A DNA stretch of 64,000 nucleotides from Pelomyxa schiedti (GCA_020536535.1 JAHLWZ010000803.1:72527-136526); one strand, 5' to 3'; numbered from the stretch's first letter, positions 23,510 to 49,660 are shown. The notes: generated from the letters alone by a model not told the origin. A program made the numbers and translations.

Positions 23510-24306
23510 TTGTGGAGACTGGGTCTGGTGCCACAGACCCAGGAGGTCTCATCCAATGGTGGAATGAGAGGTCTTTTGAGTATTGTAAGCCCTTTGTGTG
23601 CCACTGGCTTGTTGCCAATGTGCTCACAGTGAAGCTGTGTAACTGTACACCTGGCCAGAGCTGCCAGTGTGCAATGATAATAATGGGCATGAGGAACTGT
23701 GTTCTCTTCCGACATAAGCTCCCAAGTGTGTACAAAACTAATTGCAAGGGGAAATAAGGAAGTGCACTGTGGAATTACCAGTAAAAACATGGAAAAAAAG
23801 GTAACCACCCAAAAATGTGTGACCAAAGGGAGCCACTTTTGGGTGGAGGGTAACTTAAGTCACCATGTTAATAAATGTCTCAGACCATCTTAAAACTTTT
23901 GGTAATTGTAATCCACACATAGAGACACACAGAACTGTATGCACACTTTTGTTCAAGGCCCACATTTTACTGGCAAACTCAGACAATTTGGGTGATTTCA
24001 CCCTCAGGAAGCACTTTCTGTTACAAGCATTTGACAAGTTAGGGCCGAGCATGGAAGTGGGTTTTGGACCCTCACAGTGGCATTGAATTGGGGTGAGGGT
24101 AGGTGAGGGCACTCCACTCCAACTTGGAAAAACCTGGCGTTCGCCCCTTCTCACAATGGGCCGATCCAGGAAACAACTCTTTGCGAGCTCGAACTCAGGC
24201 CCAGTGGGTGAATCTCTGCACCCTGCCCTCTCATCAGTTCACGGAACCCCCCTTTTCGGCTTGTATTCGCAGCTCATCAACACAGCACCGCGGGCTGAGA
24301 GGGAGG

Positions 24307-25260
24307 ATGGAGGCAGCACGGAGGCTGATGGAGCGGCACGGGTGGGTGCCGGGCAGCGGACTGGGCAAGGAGTCGAACGGCATCACCAGGCCAATTGTGG
24401 CAACACTCAAGAATGACAAGCTAGGCGTACGTTGGTTTTTTTTTTCCTTTTGTAAATAATAAATGAGAGTTCCTCGCGGCACGCTATAGTGTAATGATGA
24501 ATAATGATACACACAGGTGGGGGCGGGAAAACAATCATTCACGCCTTGGTGGGAGAGGGCCTATAATCAAGCAGCTTCCGGCTCTTCTACTGATACATCA
24601 ACAGCAACAACTACTGCTACAGAGACTGCCCCAGCTTGTACTGTGCCTTCGGCGTATTCCGGTTCCTTTGTGAGGCCAAAACAACCAGACCCGGACGAGA
24701 GTCTGTACGATTTATCTCGGTATAAACCCGTAGCAACCTCTGTTAGCACTTTTGAGGTATCTCTTTTATACGCTTACCTTTACTTTCAATCACTCAATCA
24801 AACAAAAAAAAAAAAGGCTTTCAATCATAGAACGTGTAAAAGAGCGCATCAAACTGGTAAATTGAGTAGGCTTTTGCTTCAGGAGAAAAATTACACTGTG
24901 TCTCAAGCACAGCGTAATGAACTAGACTCAGACACCACACAACAAGAAATTCCCTCAGAGAAGAACCTTTCCTGCCCAGAAGAACCACAAACACCCACAC
25001 AAGAAACACCAAATCAATGCACTCAGGATAAATCCAGTGAGGAACCACCACACCCACCACTGCTAGAGGTCAACCAAGCAAACGAAACACAGTCAAATGC
25101 ACAACATACACACAACAACCAACAAGCACCTACACGCAGTAAGGGCACCACACCTCACTCAAAGGAAATCCATGTGCAGTTGCATGACAGAAATAGAAAG
25201 CGCAAAGGGAGAGGGAAACCCTCGTTCCTTGTTTCATGTGTTTCCATCCTCAACGAATGA
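24307..25260 (+). CDS. G-patch domain protein (GPATCH4-like)
   Basis: MEAARRLMERHGWVPGSGLGKESNGITRPIVATLKNDKLGVGAGKQSFTPWWERAYN plus a later FNHRTCKRAHQTGKLSRL motif. The 3' end is approximate. Confidence 0.8.
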
Positions 25261-25307
25261 ATGAATTAAGGAAATGAAGGAAAACCTCTTTTCTATTCTG
25301 CTTTTTT

Positions 25308-26855
25308 TTATAACGAGTCCAGAGCTTGCTGGAAATCAGCCACCAATTCCGTTGGGTCTTCAAGACCAATAGAAACCCGCATCATCTCCTGTGACACACT
25401 CTGATCATACTTGTAGCGCCATATTATTGTAGTTTCTACGCCACCAAGGCTGGTGCAATGTGTAACCAGACGTAACTTTTAATTTTGTTGGTTAGTTCTG
25501 GGTGGAAGATGGAGTAAACCTTGTTTGGCAGTTCCTGAGCTTGTTGTGCTGTCTGTAGTTCAAAAGCGAAGCATGGAGGGGCGTGAGTTGTACAGGTTTT
25601 CCATATAACATGCGAGGAGTGTGATGGAAGACAGGGGTTATAGACTGCTTTGACCTTTTTCCCCAAATGTCAGTAAGGAAAATGGATCGCACTATCACCT
25701 TTGGGTGCGAACTGAGAAAAGTGGCCACAATTTGAGCAGAAGAACACTGGCGTTGCATTCTTACAGCAAAGGTGCGTAAACCTTTTTTTTTTACTCGATG
25801 GAAAGAAATTGCTTCACAGGTCATACTTCTAAGAAGAAGCCATGACTCGAAACTTCCTAGAACGCCCCCGTCGTGTGTTCTCCTTCTGGCCATTGAAGGA
25901 TACAACATATAATCTTTACATACGAGAACGCCACCAAGAGTATCATGGTGTCCTAATAGATTTAGCTGGTTTATACTTGTATGAAATTCTTACCTCCAAG
26001 AAACTTGGTGCAAGAGTGGACTTCAATATCTGCCCCGAGTTCTAGTGATGAAAATAAGAAAGGAGTTGCAAAAGTGCTGCAGGAAAAGACTTAGTATGTT
26101 ATACGTGGTTGAATAAATACCAATCAACAAGTAATATGGCTCTTTTTGCATGTACTTTGGTAGCAACTGCACGTATATCTACCATATCACAGGTAGGATT
26201 GCTTGGCACTTCAGTATAAACAAGGGAACTTTTAAAAAGTGAGAAAACATCATAGTATTCAAATCTACTGGCAATCTAGCTCGTCAAAGCTAAATTTATT
26301 GGAAGCTTTAACTTTTCCTTGCATCAAGGTAACATAATCAGCCACAATTGCTCTCGATCCAGGGTATCCAACATTGAGGGTAAGAATTTTTCTAACAAAC
26401 AAGTAAGAATGGGTTGGAAACTACTGGAGGGCTACTCAGGGTGAAGAGCGTGTAAAACGCAAGTTATAGCAGCAGACCCAGAGCTGAAACACAACGCCGA
26501 GCCCCCAATAAGGCTCCCAAGAAGACCTTCCACTCTGCTTCCTGTCAACGACACCATATTAAAACAAAACAAAAGTATTCAAGGATAGAAGACGCATTAC
26601 AGGGAAGAGGAGGGGAAAGGAAAGCACACTCGTTGGCTGATTGTCGCGCGAGTATATATACCTGCCGCCAACACATCGCAGCTCCTCATCGGTCTCCTCA
26701 AACACCGATGACACGTGTACTGGCGGGGCGACGTCGGTCAGAAGTGGCTCGAATCCATGATCCCCGCGAACGCAGGTGGTGTCCAGTGTGTGCGATAATG
26801 GGTCTTCTCGGCGCTTCAGGGACGAAGCCTTGGCGTCGCTTAAGGCTGCTTTCAT
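25308..26855 (-). CDS. Cys/Met metabolism PLP-dependent enzyme (cystathionine/methionine gamma-lyase family)
   Basis: VAPPVHVSSVF, YSRDNQPT, FSSGSAA, the PLP-lysine motif HSCTKFLGGHHDTLGG, GLRTFAVRM and RVSIGLEDPTELVADFQQAL. Confidence 0.9.
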
Positions 26856-27148
26856 GGCACGTGGACTCTGCAAAGTTTGTGAGACACAAATGATGAGATG
26901 CAGTAGTCATGACAAAGTAGGAGCTCAACGAACAGTGAGGAATGCTTCACAAGTTCGAGGTCCAGCCTTTGGAGTACGAGTGTTGCGTCGTCTCCAAGAT
27001 CGCCCTACAACGTAGAAAGTAGACCACACCACCAAAGCCACCAACAGACCGACGCCACACCCTTCAACAAAGCCAACCGGCACCATTTTTTTTAAATCCA
27101 GAGTTTTTTAGAACTTCTCACTTTCCAAAGAAGGAGAACGCCTAAACA

Positions 27149-28694
27149 ATGGATGATTCCGAAACAGTGCCACCGGACGTTGCGGACAAGTACGAGTTTG
27201 AGCGCCGATACAAGTGCTCCTACCCAGTGTGGCCAGTATACTACCATCATTGTCTTTTTGCACACGCCTAGGGCTAACATGGTGTCTTCTGGTTGTGTAA
27301 AAAACACAAAACCAAAGGTGAGGGAGAGGGCCACCTCGAGGTTCTGTGTTGTCAAGCGTGTGTATAAGTTGTTTGGTGACAAAGACACCACGAGAGACGC
27401 GTACAAGGAACTGCGCACTTTTATCCATTTGGGCTCTCATGAAAACATTGCTGGTCTCATTGAATACATCCTTGTAATTCAACCACCCAGAAATCATATA
27501 GCCACACTCTGAACACTCCACTACAAGCCTCGGAATTTCCCGGACTTGTTCATCGTGTATGAATCCCTGCCGGTTAACCTTTGCTCGGTAATTCGAGAGT
27601 GCGTACTTGAACCTATACATAAACAGGTCTGAGCTTGGTCCAATGTCTTGAAATTATTTCCCTTATATCTGGCAGTATATTATCTATCAGCTCTTCAAAG
27701 CTTTGTTGTGGATTCACTCTGCTGGGTTGATCCACAAGTTCGTAGACTCCCTTTTCTATGTTTTTAAAGAGAAAATTCAAGTAAGGTCAAGTCCGATAAC
27801 GTAGTGATAGACGAAACATGTACCATTAAGGTTGTTACCTCCCTTCCAAATTAGCACCGACCTTTTTCAGCTGTGCTCCTTTGAGAATATTGATGGTGTT
27901 GGCATCCCAAGACCCTCACCGTATGGTAGTTATTTTTTTTCTCCAAAAAGAAAACTTAAAGTAGCAGAACCTCTTGCTAGATGGTTCGCTGCCCCTGAAT
28001 TGCTTCTAGAGTGCTCACATGTGACAAGCGGTATTGATGTATGGGGTGTTGGGTGAGCTTTGGTAGATTTGAACTTAACATGTCACTCTATATCAAATCT
28101 CTAAAATGAAACTCTAAAAAGCTGCATCCTTGGAGGAATGCTAAGGGGAGAGCCCATGTTCCAAGGAACTACCACACTAAACACCCTCGAAATAATTCTC
28201 TCTTTCACTGGTCCACCAACTCAAGAAGCTCTTAGTGTACTGGAGGGCAAATTAGGAAAGTACCTCACATTAGAAGGAGTATTCCTGATGGAATTTTCTC
28301 ACTACAGACAGTATTCTTGAAGCACTACATCCGCCCGTAACAGATTGGACATCCCGATTCCCTAAAGCCACAAGCGACGCCCTTGACCTTCTCCATTGTA
28401 TGTTAGATTTAAACCCTCTCAAGAGACCCTCTTCATTTGAGGTAACTAATTAATTATCAATTCCCAAATACCCGCAAATAGAGACTAATACAAATATAAT
28501 AACTACTAATATTAATAGCTGAACTCACGTCAACAAAGGCTCTGGCACACCCATACTTGTCAGAGTTCTCAGACCCTGCCTCTGAGCCAATTCACTCCCT
28601 GCAAGTGCACCTTCTTTACTCCACAACAGTTTCCTTGGAGAACCCAGAACAGTTCGGGGCGGCTCTTCAACCCGAGACAAATCAGTCGCTGTAA
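27149..28694 (+). CDS. ERK7/MAPK15-type MAP kinase homolog, predicted pseudokinase
   Basis: LEPIHKQYIIYQLFKAL, RWFAAPELLL, GIDVWGVGCILG, MFQGTTTLNTLE and ALAHPYL...DPASEP are MAPK features. HRD reads HNK, DFG reads SFE, and the Gly loop and TxY are absent. Confidence 0.85.
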
Positions 28695-28704
28695 AAAAAA
28701 ACAA

Positions 28705-29966
28705 ATGTCAAAAGGTTTGCCTTTCACCTTGCTCGTGCGAGAGCGGGGCCAAGTGGCCCCACCAACACAACAGGGGCTGTGGGCCCGAGGCCAATTTCTT
28801 GCCCTCAGCGCCGCTGCGTTCGTGCCACGGTGCGGCGCCCGCAGCCCCGCTCGGTGCCTCCCACCAGCACTCGCGGCGTACGAGATCGGCCGCCCCTGGG
28901 TGGTCCCGAGGGACCCCGCCGCGGCTGTGGTGTTAAGGCTGCAGTTCCATCGTCTCCCCGGCGTCGACGACTGCTTCGTGTACTACGACTGTTCTCTGCA
29001 TATGGACGGAAAGCTTGGATTCGACCGGTGCTGGGTCGTGACTTTTTCGCATACCGGGGGTGTTCTTGCAATGGAGCAGTGGCGACACAGAACAAGATGC
29101 CTCGGCTGGATCTCCCCAAACTTGGCCGTGGCACGTGATAACACAAACTCGGCCATGGCGGTCTTTGACTGCCGTAACGCTGTGGAGCCAGCAATTATGT
29201 GCCAGCTACCTGAAATGGACACAATGGCTTCGTTTGCAACAACAAGTGGGCAATACATCTCTATCAGGCTGGATTTTTCCTTCTTATTCTGCCACAAAAT
29301 GGTGCGCTATCTGCTGCGTCTGGCGGTGGAGACCCAGCCATTGCCTCCAAAACACAAGGAGTAGCAGTGCCGTCCCGCATTGACGGGGGCTTATGCCGGT
29401 CTCTGGGGGTGAACTTCACTGAAGGTGGAGATGACGAGGCCATACTGCGAACTACCTCAGAAAACGTACTCTGGCTTGTTGACATTCGTGAAACTTATTC
29501 CAGTGGTACCTTGTGTATCAAAGAACGCCGACGCGGCTTCCGGAGACTTGCTTACAAGGTTTTCTGCTCCGAGCTTCACAAGATGATTGCGCCAATGTAC
29601 CAGCCACCGTATAAACAACCCAGCTTCGAGCTGAGAGCCATCGAACCCGATAGACGTAAACACAAGATTCTAAGGCAGTGCAGGTCAGAACCACACAAGG
29701 TCGACACACACCACTTTGTGGAGGTCACACACCGAAACCACAGGCTCGAGGTGTTTTCCACGGATGACATGGAACACCCCTGCAACGTGATTCACAACAC
29801 AACAAGGATCAGTTTCGTCTGCGGTGGTGGACTCATTGCGTTCCTGGACGAGAATGACAGGATCGACTTGGTTGATGCTGTGTCTGGCACTTTGGTTCTG
29901 AGCTGGCCTGTGCCTTCCGATTTCGAGCAGGAGACATTCACCATGTGGGTTGTGGGTGCCCATTGA
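28705..29966 (+). pseudogene. PRCG-motif family, array copy 1 (frameshift near 29214-29226)
   Basis: Homologous to copies 2 and 3. The conserved GFVCNNKWA motif is in the frame of ORF 29367-29966, not the frame of the ATG at 28705. Confidence 0.75.
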
Positions 29967-30001
29967 CACATTCGAGAAAAAAAACAATCAAAGCTAATCA
30001 A

Positions 30002-31180
30002 ATGGTGTCCGCCAGTTGGGAACAGGCAGTCGAGGGCCTGCTCCGCCCCGAGCGGGGCCAAGTGGCCCCACCAACACAACAGGGGCTGTGGGCCCGAGAC
30101 CAATTTCTTGCCCTCAGCGCCGCTGCGTTCGTGCCACGGTGCGGCGCCCGCAGCCCCGCTCGGTGCCTCCCACCAGCACTCGCGGCGGACGAGATCGGCC
30201 GCCCCTGGGTGGTCCCGAGGGACCCCGCCGCGGCTGTAGTTCTGCGTCTCAGATGCCGGGACGGCAGGGTGAAGGCCGCCACCCGAAACAACGTTTTCTG
30301 GGTTGTCACATTTTCGGGAACTGGGGGTGTTGTCGGTGTGAAGACCTGGGAGTGCCCACTTGGCAATCACGTGGGGTGGCTATCGGCGGAGTTTGCTGTG
30401 ATTGAAGCCAGAGTACCCTGCGTTTCTGCGCTTCTGTTTCTCGTTGGAACTACGATCATGGTGTGCCAATTACCTTGGATGGACACCTATGGACAAGGGG
30501 GTTTTGTCCGCAACAACAAGTGGGCACTCAATCTATCTTTCACTGGAATCCAGCTCACAATTCTGGACTTAACTGGCCCACTCCTTTGCTACAAACAATG
30601 GGCCGTATTGAACATGTCGGCTACGGATCCGCCAAGTTGGGTAGACATTGTGGAGAGGGGAGACGATGAGGCAGCTCTTGGAGCGAACCGTGCAAGGGAA
30701 ATCTGGATAATTGATATTCCCGAGAGTTACTCCACCCGCAGATTGTGCATCAAACAACGCCTTACTGGCTTTGGATCTACCACAAAAGGCAGGATTCTCA
30801 CCTCTGACAACCACCAAGTGATAGTTCCCGTCCACCAGAGAGACTTGTGGACCCTCAGACCCACGGCAGACACCGTCTTGAGGAAGTGCAGGTCGGAACC
30901 ACACAAGGTCGACACACACCACTTTGTGGAGGTCACACACCGAAACCACAGGCTCGAGGTGTTCTCCACGGGAGACATGGAACACCCCTGCAACGTGATT
31001 CACAACACAACAAGGATCAGTTTCGTCTGCGGTGGTGGACTCATTGCGTTCCTGGACGAGAATGACAGGATCGACTTGGTTGATGCTCTGTCTGGCACTT
31101 TGATCTTGACCTTGCTTGTGCCCTCGGACTTTGTTGAGGATTCGTTCGCCATGTGGGTTGTTGGTGCACACAAGAGATGA
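30002..31180 (+). CDS. PRCG-motif family, array copy 2, intronless
   Basis: Open frame from MVSASW with ARDQFLAL...PRCGARSPARCLPP and the shared C-terminal block. Confidence 0.85.
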   Translation: MVSASWEQAVEGLLRPERGQVAPPTQQGLWARDQFLALSAAAFVPRCGARSPARCLPPALAADEIGRPWVVPRDPAAAVVLRLRCRDGRVKAATRNNVFWVVTFSGTGGVVGVKTWECPLGNHVGWLSAEFAVIEARVPCVSALLFLVGTTIMVCQLPWMDTYGQGGFVRNNKWALNLSFTGIQLTILDLTGPLLCYKQWAVLNMSATDPPSWVDIVERGDDEAALGANRAREIWIIDIPESYSTRRLCIKQRLTGFGSTTKGRILTSDNHQVIVPVHQRDLWTLRPTADTVLRKCRSEPHKVDTHHFVEVTHRNHRLEVFSTGDMEHPCNVIHNTTRISFVCGGGLIAFLDENDRIDLVDALSGTLILTLLVPSDFVEDSFAMWVVGAHKR

Positions 31181-31214
31181 AGATAGGGGAACAAAAAAAA
31201 CAAGAAAATTGCGA

Positions 31215-32447
31215 ATGAGTTTTGTCTCCGAGCTGATCGAAACGGCAACCACGTTCGCAAGCACTTTCGTGGTCAGCCAACGAGGCAAAGTACAGCCGCC
31301 ATCTTTCGCTCTGCGGGCGCGGGACCAATTTCTCGCCCTAGGCGCCGCCGTGTACTCCGCCCGGTGCGGCGCACGCAGCCCAGGTCGCTGCCTCGCCCCC
31401 GCCCTCCTTGCCGCGGAAATCGGGCGCCGGTGGGTGCTCTCCAGGCCGCCCGCGGCCGCCGTGGTACTGAGGCTGCGCTGCGAGACGATTTGTACGTCGG
31501 GGGCCGGCTGGGTGTCGTACGACCGGGAGGTGTTCTGGGTGGTCACGTTCTCTGGAACCGGCGGCGTTATCGACGTCGAGCCGTGGGGGGCCTCGTCCGG
31601 GACGTGCCTGGGGTGGCTCACGGCGAATCTGGCGGTGGTTCTGGTGGGCCACATGACAAGTCCCGGCGCCATGGGGTTCCCGATGGTTATGGACTGCAGC
31701 AGCCCCGTCGGCGGGTCGGTGGCGGCGTGCCGATTGCCTTGGATATGCTCGACGAGACAGGGCTTCGTTTGCAACAACAAGTGGGCACTCCGGACGTCGG
31801 ACGATGAGCTGTGCTTGTCGATTCTGGACTTGACTACTGTTTCCTCTGGAAAATGCACTAAACTGCCAGTTGTGCATGCAGGCCGCACACAATTTGTTAC
31901 TTGGGTGGACTTTGTGGGGAGGGGAGGTGATGAAGCAGCTCTCGGAGTGCCCTGGGAAATCTGGATCATTGACATCCGTGAGAGTTACTCCACCGGCAAA
32001 TTGTGCGTCAAAGAATGCCTTACTGGTTTTGGAACCATCAGAGGAAGGATTCTCACCTCTGACAGCCACCAAATGATAGTTCCTGTGACCCATATAGCAG
32101 GGAGATCACGAAAAGCCACATGGACACTTAATCCCACGCCACATTCGGTCGTGAGGAAGTGCAGGTCAGAGCCACACAAGGTCGACACACACCACTTTGT
32201 GGAGGTCACACACCGAAACCACAGGCTCGAGGTGTTCTCCACGGGTGACATGGAACACCCCTGCAACGTGATTCACAACACAACGAGGATCAGTTTCGTC
32301 TGCGGCGGTGGACTCATTGCGTTCCTGGAAGAGAATGACAGGATCGACTTGGTTGATGCTCTGTCTGGCACTTTGGTCTTGACCTTGCCTGTGCCCTCCA
32401 ATTTCAATGAGGAGACATTCACCATGTGGGTTGTGGGTGCTCAGTGA
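31215..32447 (+). CDS. PRCG-motif family, array copy 3, intronless
   Basis: Open frame from MSFVSE with ARDQFLAL...ARCGARSPGRCLAP and the shared C-terminal block. Confidence 0.85.
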   Translation: MSFVSELIETATTFASTFVVSQRGKVQPPSFALRARDQFLALGAAVYSARCGARSPGRCLAPALLAAEIGRRWVLSRPPAAAVVLRLRCETICTSGAGWVSYDREVFWVVTFSGTGGVIDVEPWGASSGTCLGWLTANLAVVLVGHMTSPGAMGFPMVMDCSSPVGGSVAACRLPWICSTRQGFVCNNKWALRTSDDELCLSILDLTTVSSGKCTKLPVVHAGRTQFVTWVDFVGRGGDEAALGVPWEIWIIDIRESYSTGKLCVKECLTGFGTIRGRILTSDSHQMIVPVTHIAGRSRKATWTLNPTPHSVVRKCRSEPHKVDTHHFVEVTHRNHRLEVFSTGDMEHPCNVIHNTTRISFVCGGGLIAFLEENDRIDLVDALSGTLVLTLPVPSNFNEETFTMWVVGAQ

Positions 32448-32878
32448 CCAAAATCTCATTCAATCAAATTGACTTTCATGACTTGCAACACTTCTTGACA
32501 AGGACAAGTCAGTCACTCATGTGTTGCTCGTTATCCAGGAAAAAAAATAGAGTGTTGGCGTCGGGTGCACAACCAAGGTTCACCTTAGAATTCGAAGAAA
32601 TTTGTGCATATCAAATTTGCCGCAGCAGATGTGCCTTGAGCCCGTCAGGGCACCAGGTGCCACAACACAGTTAGATTTTTTTTTGTTTATTACGAAGTAA
32701 CACCCTAACTACGCACTCCAAGGAAAAAAAACTTTCCGCGGACGGAAGCTGGTAAAAAATACCCGTTGCCGGTACTTATGGGTTTGAGTTTTTTTTGTTT
32801 TTTTGGATTCGGTTTACCTATTGGGAAAAAAAATCATGATACACAAAACTGGGTATTTGTTTCATTTCGTTAGAGCTG

Positions 32879-47568
<14,690 letters not shown>

Positions 47569-47840
47569 TTTCGGCTAAGCACTACGACGCACCGAGTCAC
47601 GCAGCACCCCACCCTTTCGAGAATGTCGGCCGACGACGCACCACCCCCGTATCCTTTCGGCGTTTACTTTCGTAAGTCTGATCAAACTTTTGGGCAAAAT
47701 CAAAAATTGGTGGTGGCCCGAGATTGATTCGGTTTCTTTTTTTTCGTTTGCTGGCTGTTGTCTGGGCTTGCTGGGCCCAGCTGAGATGAGGAACCTCACG
47801 AGATCTCCACCGTGAGACCCAAGTTTTGCGTGATAGGTGT

Positions 47841-48319
47841 TTAGAGGGACTGTTTCGTTGCGCCTACATCCGCAGTTGGTGTGGGTGTGGTAGTAGTGTC
47901 TTCCGTGCTGGTACTAGCCGTAGTTGTTGTTGAGTCGGACTTTGTTGGGTCCGCTACAGCAGATGGCGTGGTTGCAGTTGCGTTTGCATTTTCAGACGAA
48001 GTTGCAACAGTGTTGGTTCTTTCGCTTTCGTTTTCGTTTTCCTGAGGCAGCGGTGTGCTTTTTCTATTCTTCCCTTTGCTGATTCTACGACGTTTGGTGT
48101 CACCGTTCGATGCACAATTTTCAGAGGCAACGACACTTGTGTCTGGTTTAGTCTCTGATCTCTTGTCCAAGATGAAGTTCCTTGGCCTCCTCCTACTGTG
48201 CGGCATCTGGAAATGAAATAGCGCGAACTCTGTGGCACTGATTGTTTCCCTTTCTCCACTTTCAGCTCTGATCCGCAGTTCAAACTACCAGTGTTTATCT
48301 GCTTTGCAGTTGTCAGCAT
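47841..48319 (-). CDS. Small hypothetical basic/Thr-rich protein
   Basis: ORF 47841-48206 joins an upstream exon through a plausible 32-nt GT-AG intron. No homology recognised and the start is uncertain. Confidence 0.35.
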
Positions 48320-48446
48320 GTTTACTAGGTGAGTCTTGAGGAGTCTCCGACTCACCGCTGGGATCTCCCCCAAAAACTTCATTTATACGAAACACAAGTT
48401 TCACCGAATTCCAGGAAGAGGAAAAAACAGAGATTAAAGAAACCTG

Positions 48447-49356
48447 ATGGGTCTTGGTGCGTCAGCGTTGTCGCCAGAGGAGCAAGAGGCTATCCGTGTA
48501 AAGTATGGAAGTACGTGGTGCTCATCTAGTTGCAACTGGGACCACAAACTGCATACAAAAACAAAAAACGATTTTGCTGAACTGATCTCCAGCTAGTGCC
48601 TGAGGATAAATTCGCAGTTATTATAAAGAGTTTCAAATCGCACGCTGGAAATGACAACAGAATCACAAAGACCGCCTTTTTATCCATTCTTTCTGGGGTG
48701 ATGTATGTGGACCTGGCTGAAAAGGTAAAAAGTCCTTCTGTGCGCTGAATCAACGTGAAAACCAACAAAGAACTTTTCGTGACTCTTGTGATGCTAGATT
48801 TTTGAATCCTTTGACAGGGATGGGAGTGGCTTCATGGAGCTAAAAGAATATCTAGAAATGATGGGTGTTACGCATGGTGGCACAATTGGTATGAGTCCCG
48901 CATGAGAAAGTGTTCTGACTTCTCAATCAGATCAAAAGCTTGAAGGTTTCCATTTCTATTATAGGTATCAAACTTACGGGCATAGCATCATTCCATCTCT
49001 TTGACAAAGATACTGATGGGAGAGTCTCACGTGACGATATTAAGGACATGTTTATTATGACTGTGAAGCAGGTTTCATTCATACATGACATACTGGAGTT
49101 TTCCTCACCAGCCGTAGAAACGCGTTGCCAGAACAGGAGGTTCCTCCGCCTCTGTAATTCTTGACAATGCTGCAATGGAAGCAATTGACAAGGTTATTGA
49201 TTCCATTTTTACAAAACTGGACACCGATAATGTAATCCATCTCTTTCTCAACGCCATCACTTATCGTTGCTTTAGAGTGGTTTCTTGGACCTGGAGGAGT
49301 TTATAGCAGGGTTTACAAAGTACCGCGATGTGTGCGGCTTCTTCAAGCAATTCTAG
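48447..49356 (+). CDS. Calcineurin B-like / neuronal calcium sensor EF-hand protein
   Basis: MGLGAS myristoylation-type start and EF loops DRDGSGFMELKE, DKDTDGRVSRDD and DTDNSGFLDLEE. Confidence 0.88.
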
Positions 49357-49660
49357 GCACTGTTTGAATATAAAATTACTGTTCTTCCACCATTGCTGTG
49401 AGTTGTTAGTATCGCGAACCCACAGAGGCAGCAATAACCCAAAACAGATACATATTACTACCAAGTTCACTCCCTTCGCACCAAATAACAGACAATGTAA
49501 AACCAAATTCCCTTACCCCTTTTGTTGTTCCTAAATTGGCTGAATAAAAAAAACACCAGACCGCCGATCCTGAGCGACGATAACGAAAAGTCCAGCGTTC
49601 CAGTCTGTTGTTTATTTTATTCAGCCAATTACAAACCGAAAGTTTCGACGAAGCATCACG

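Noticed and set aside
23510-24300. Short Cys-rich ORFs upstream of the G-patch gene
   Set aside because: No homology recognised. The Cys/His/Val richness follows from TG/CA excess in CpG-depleted DNA.
30569-32093. Long antisense ORFs over the PRCG array (and 20751-21734 over the fourth member)
   Set aside because: These are shadow ORFs of GC-rich coding sequence; the family motifs are on the opposite strand.
32562-32575. 14-mer cgggtgcacaacca also present at ~63092
   Set aside because: Several 14-mer matches are expected by chance in 64 kb, and the match does not extend.
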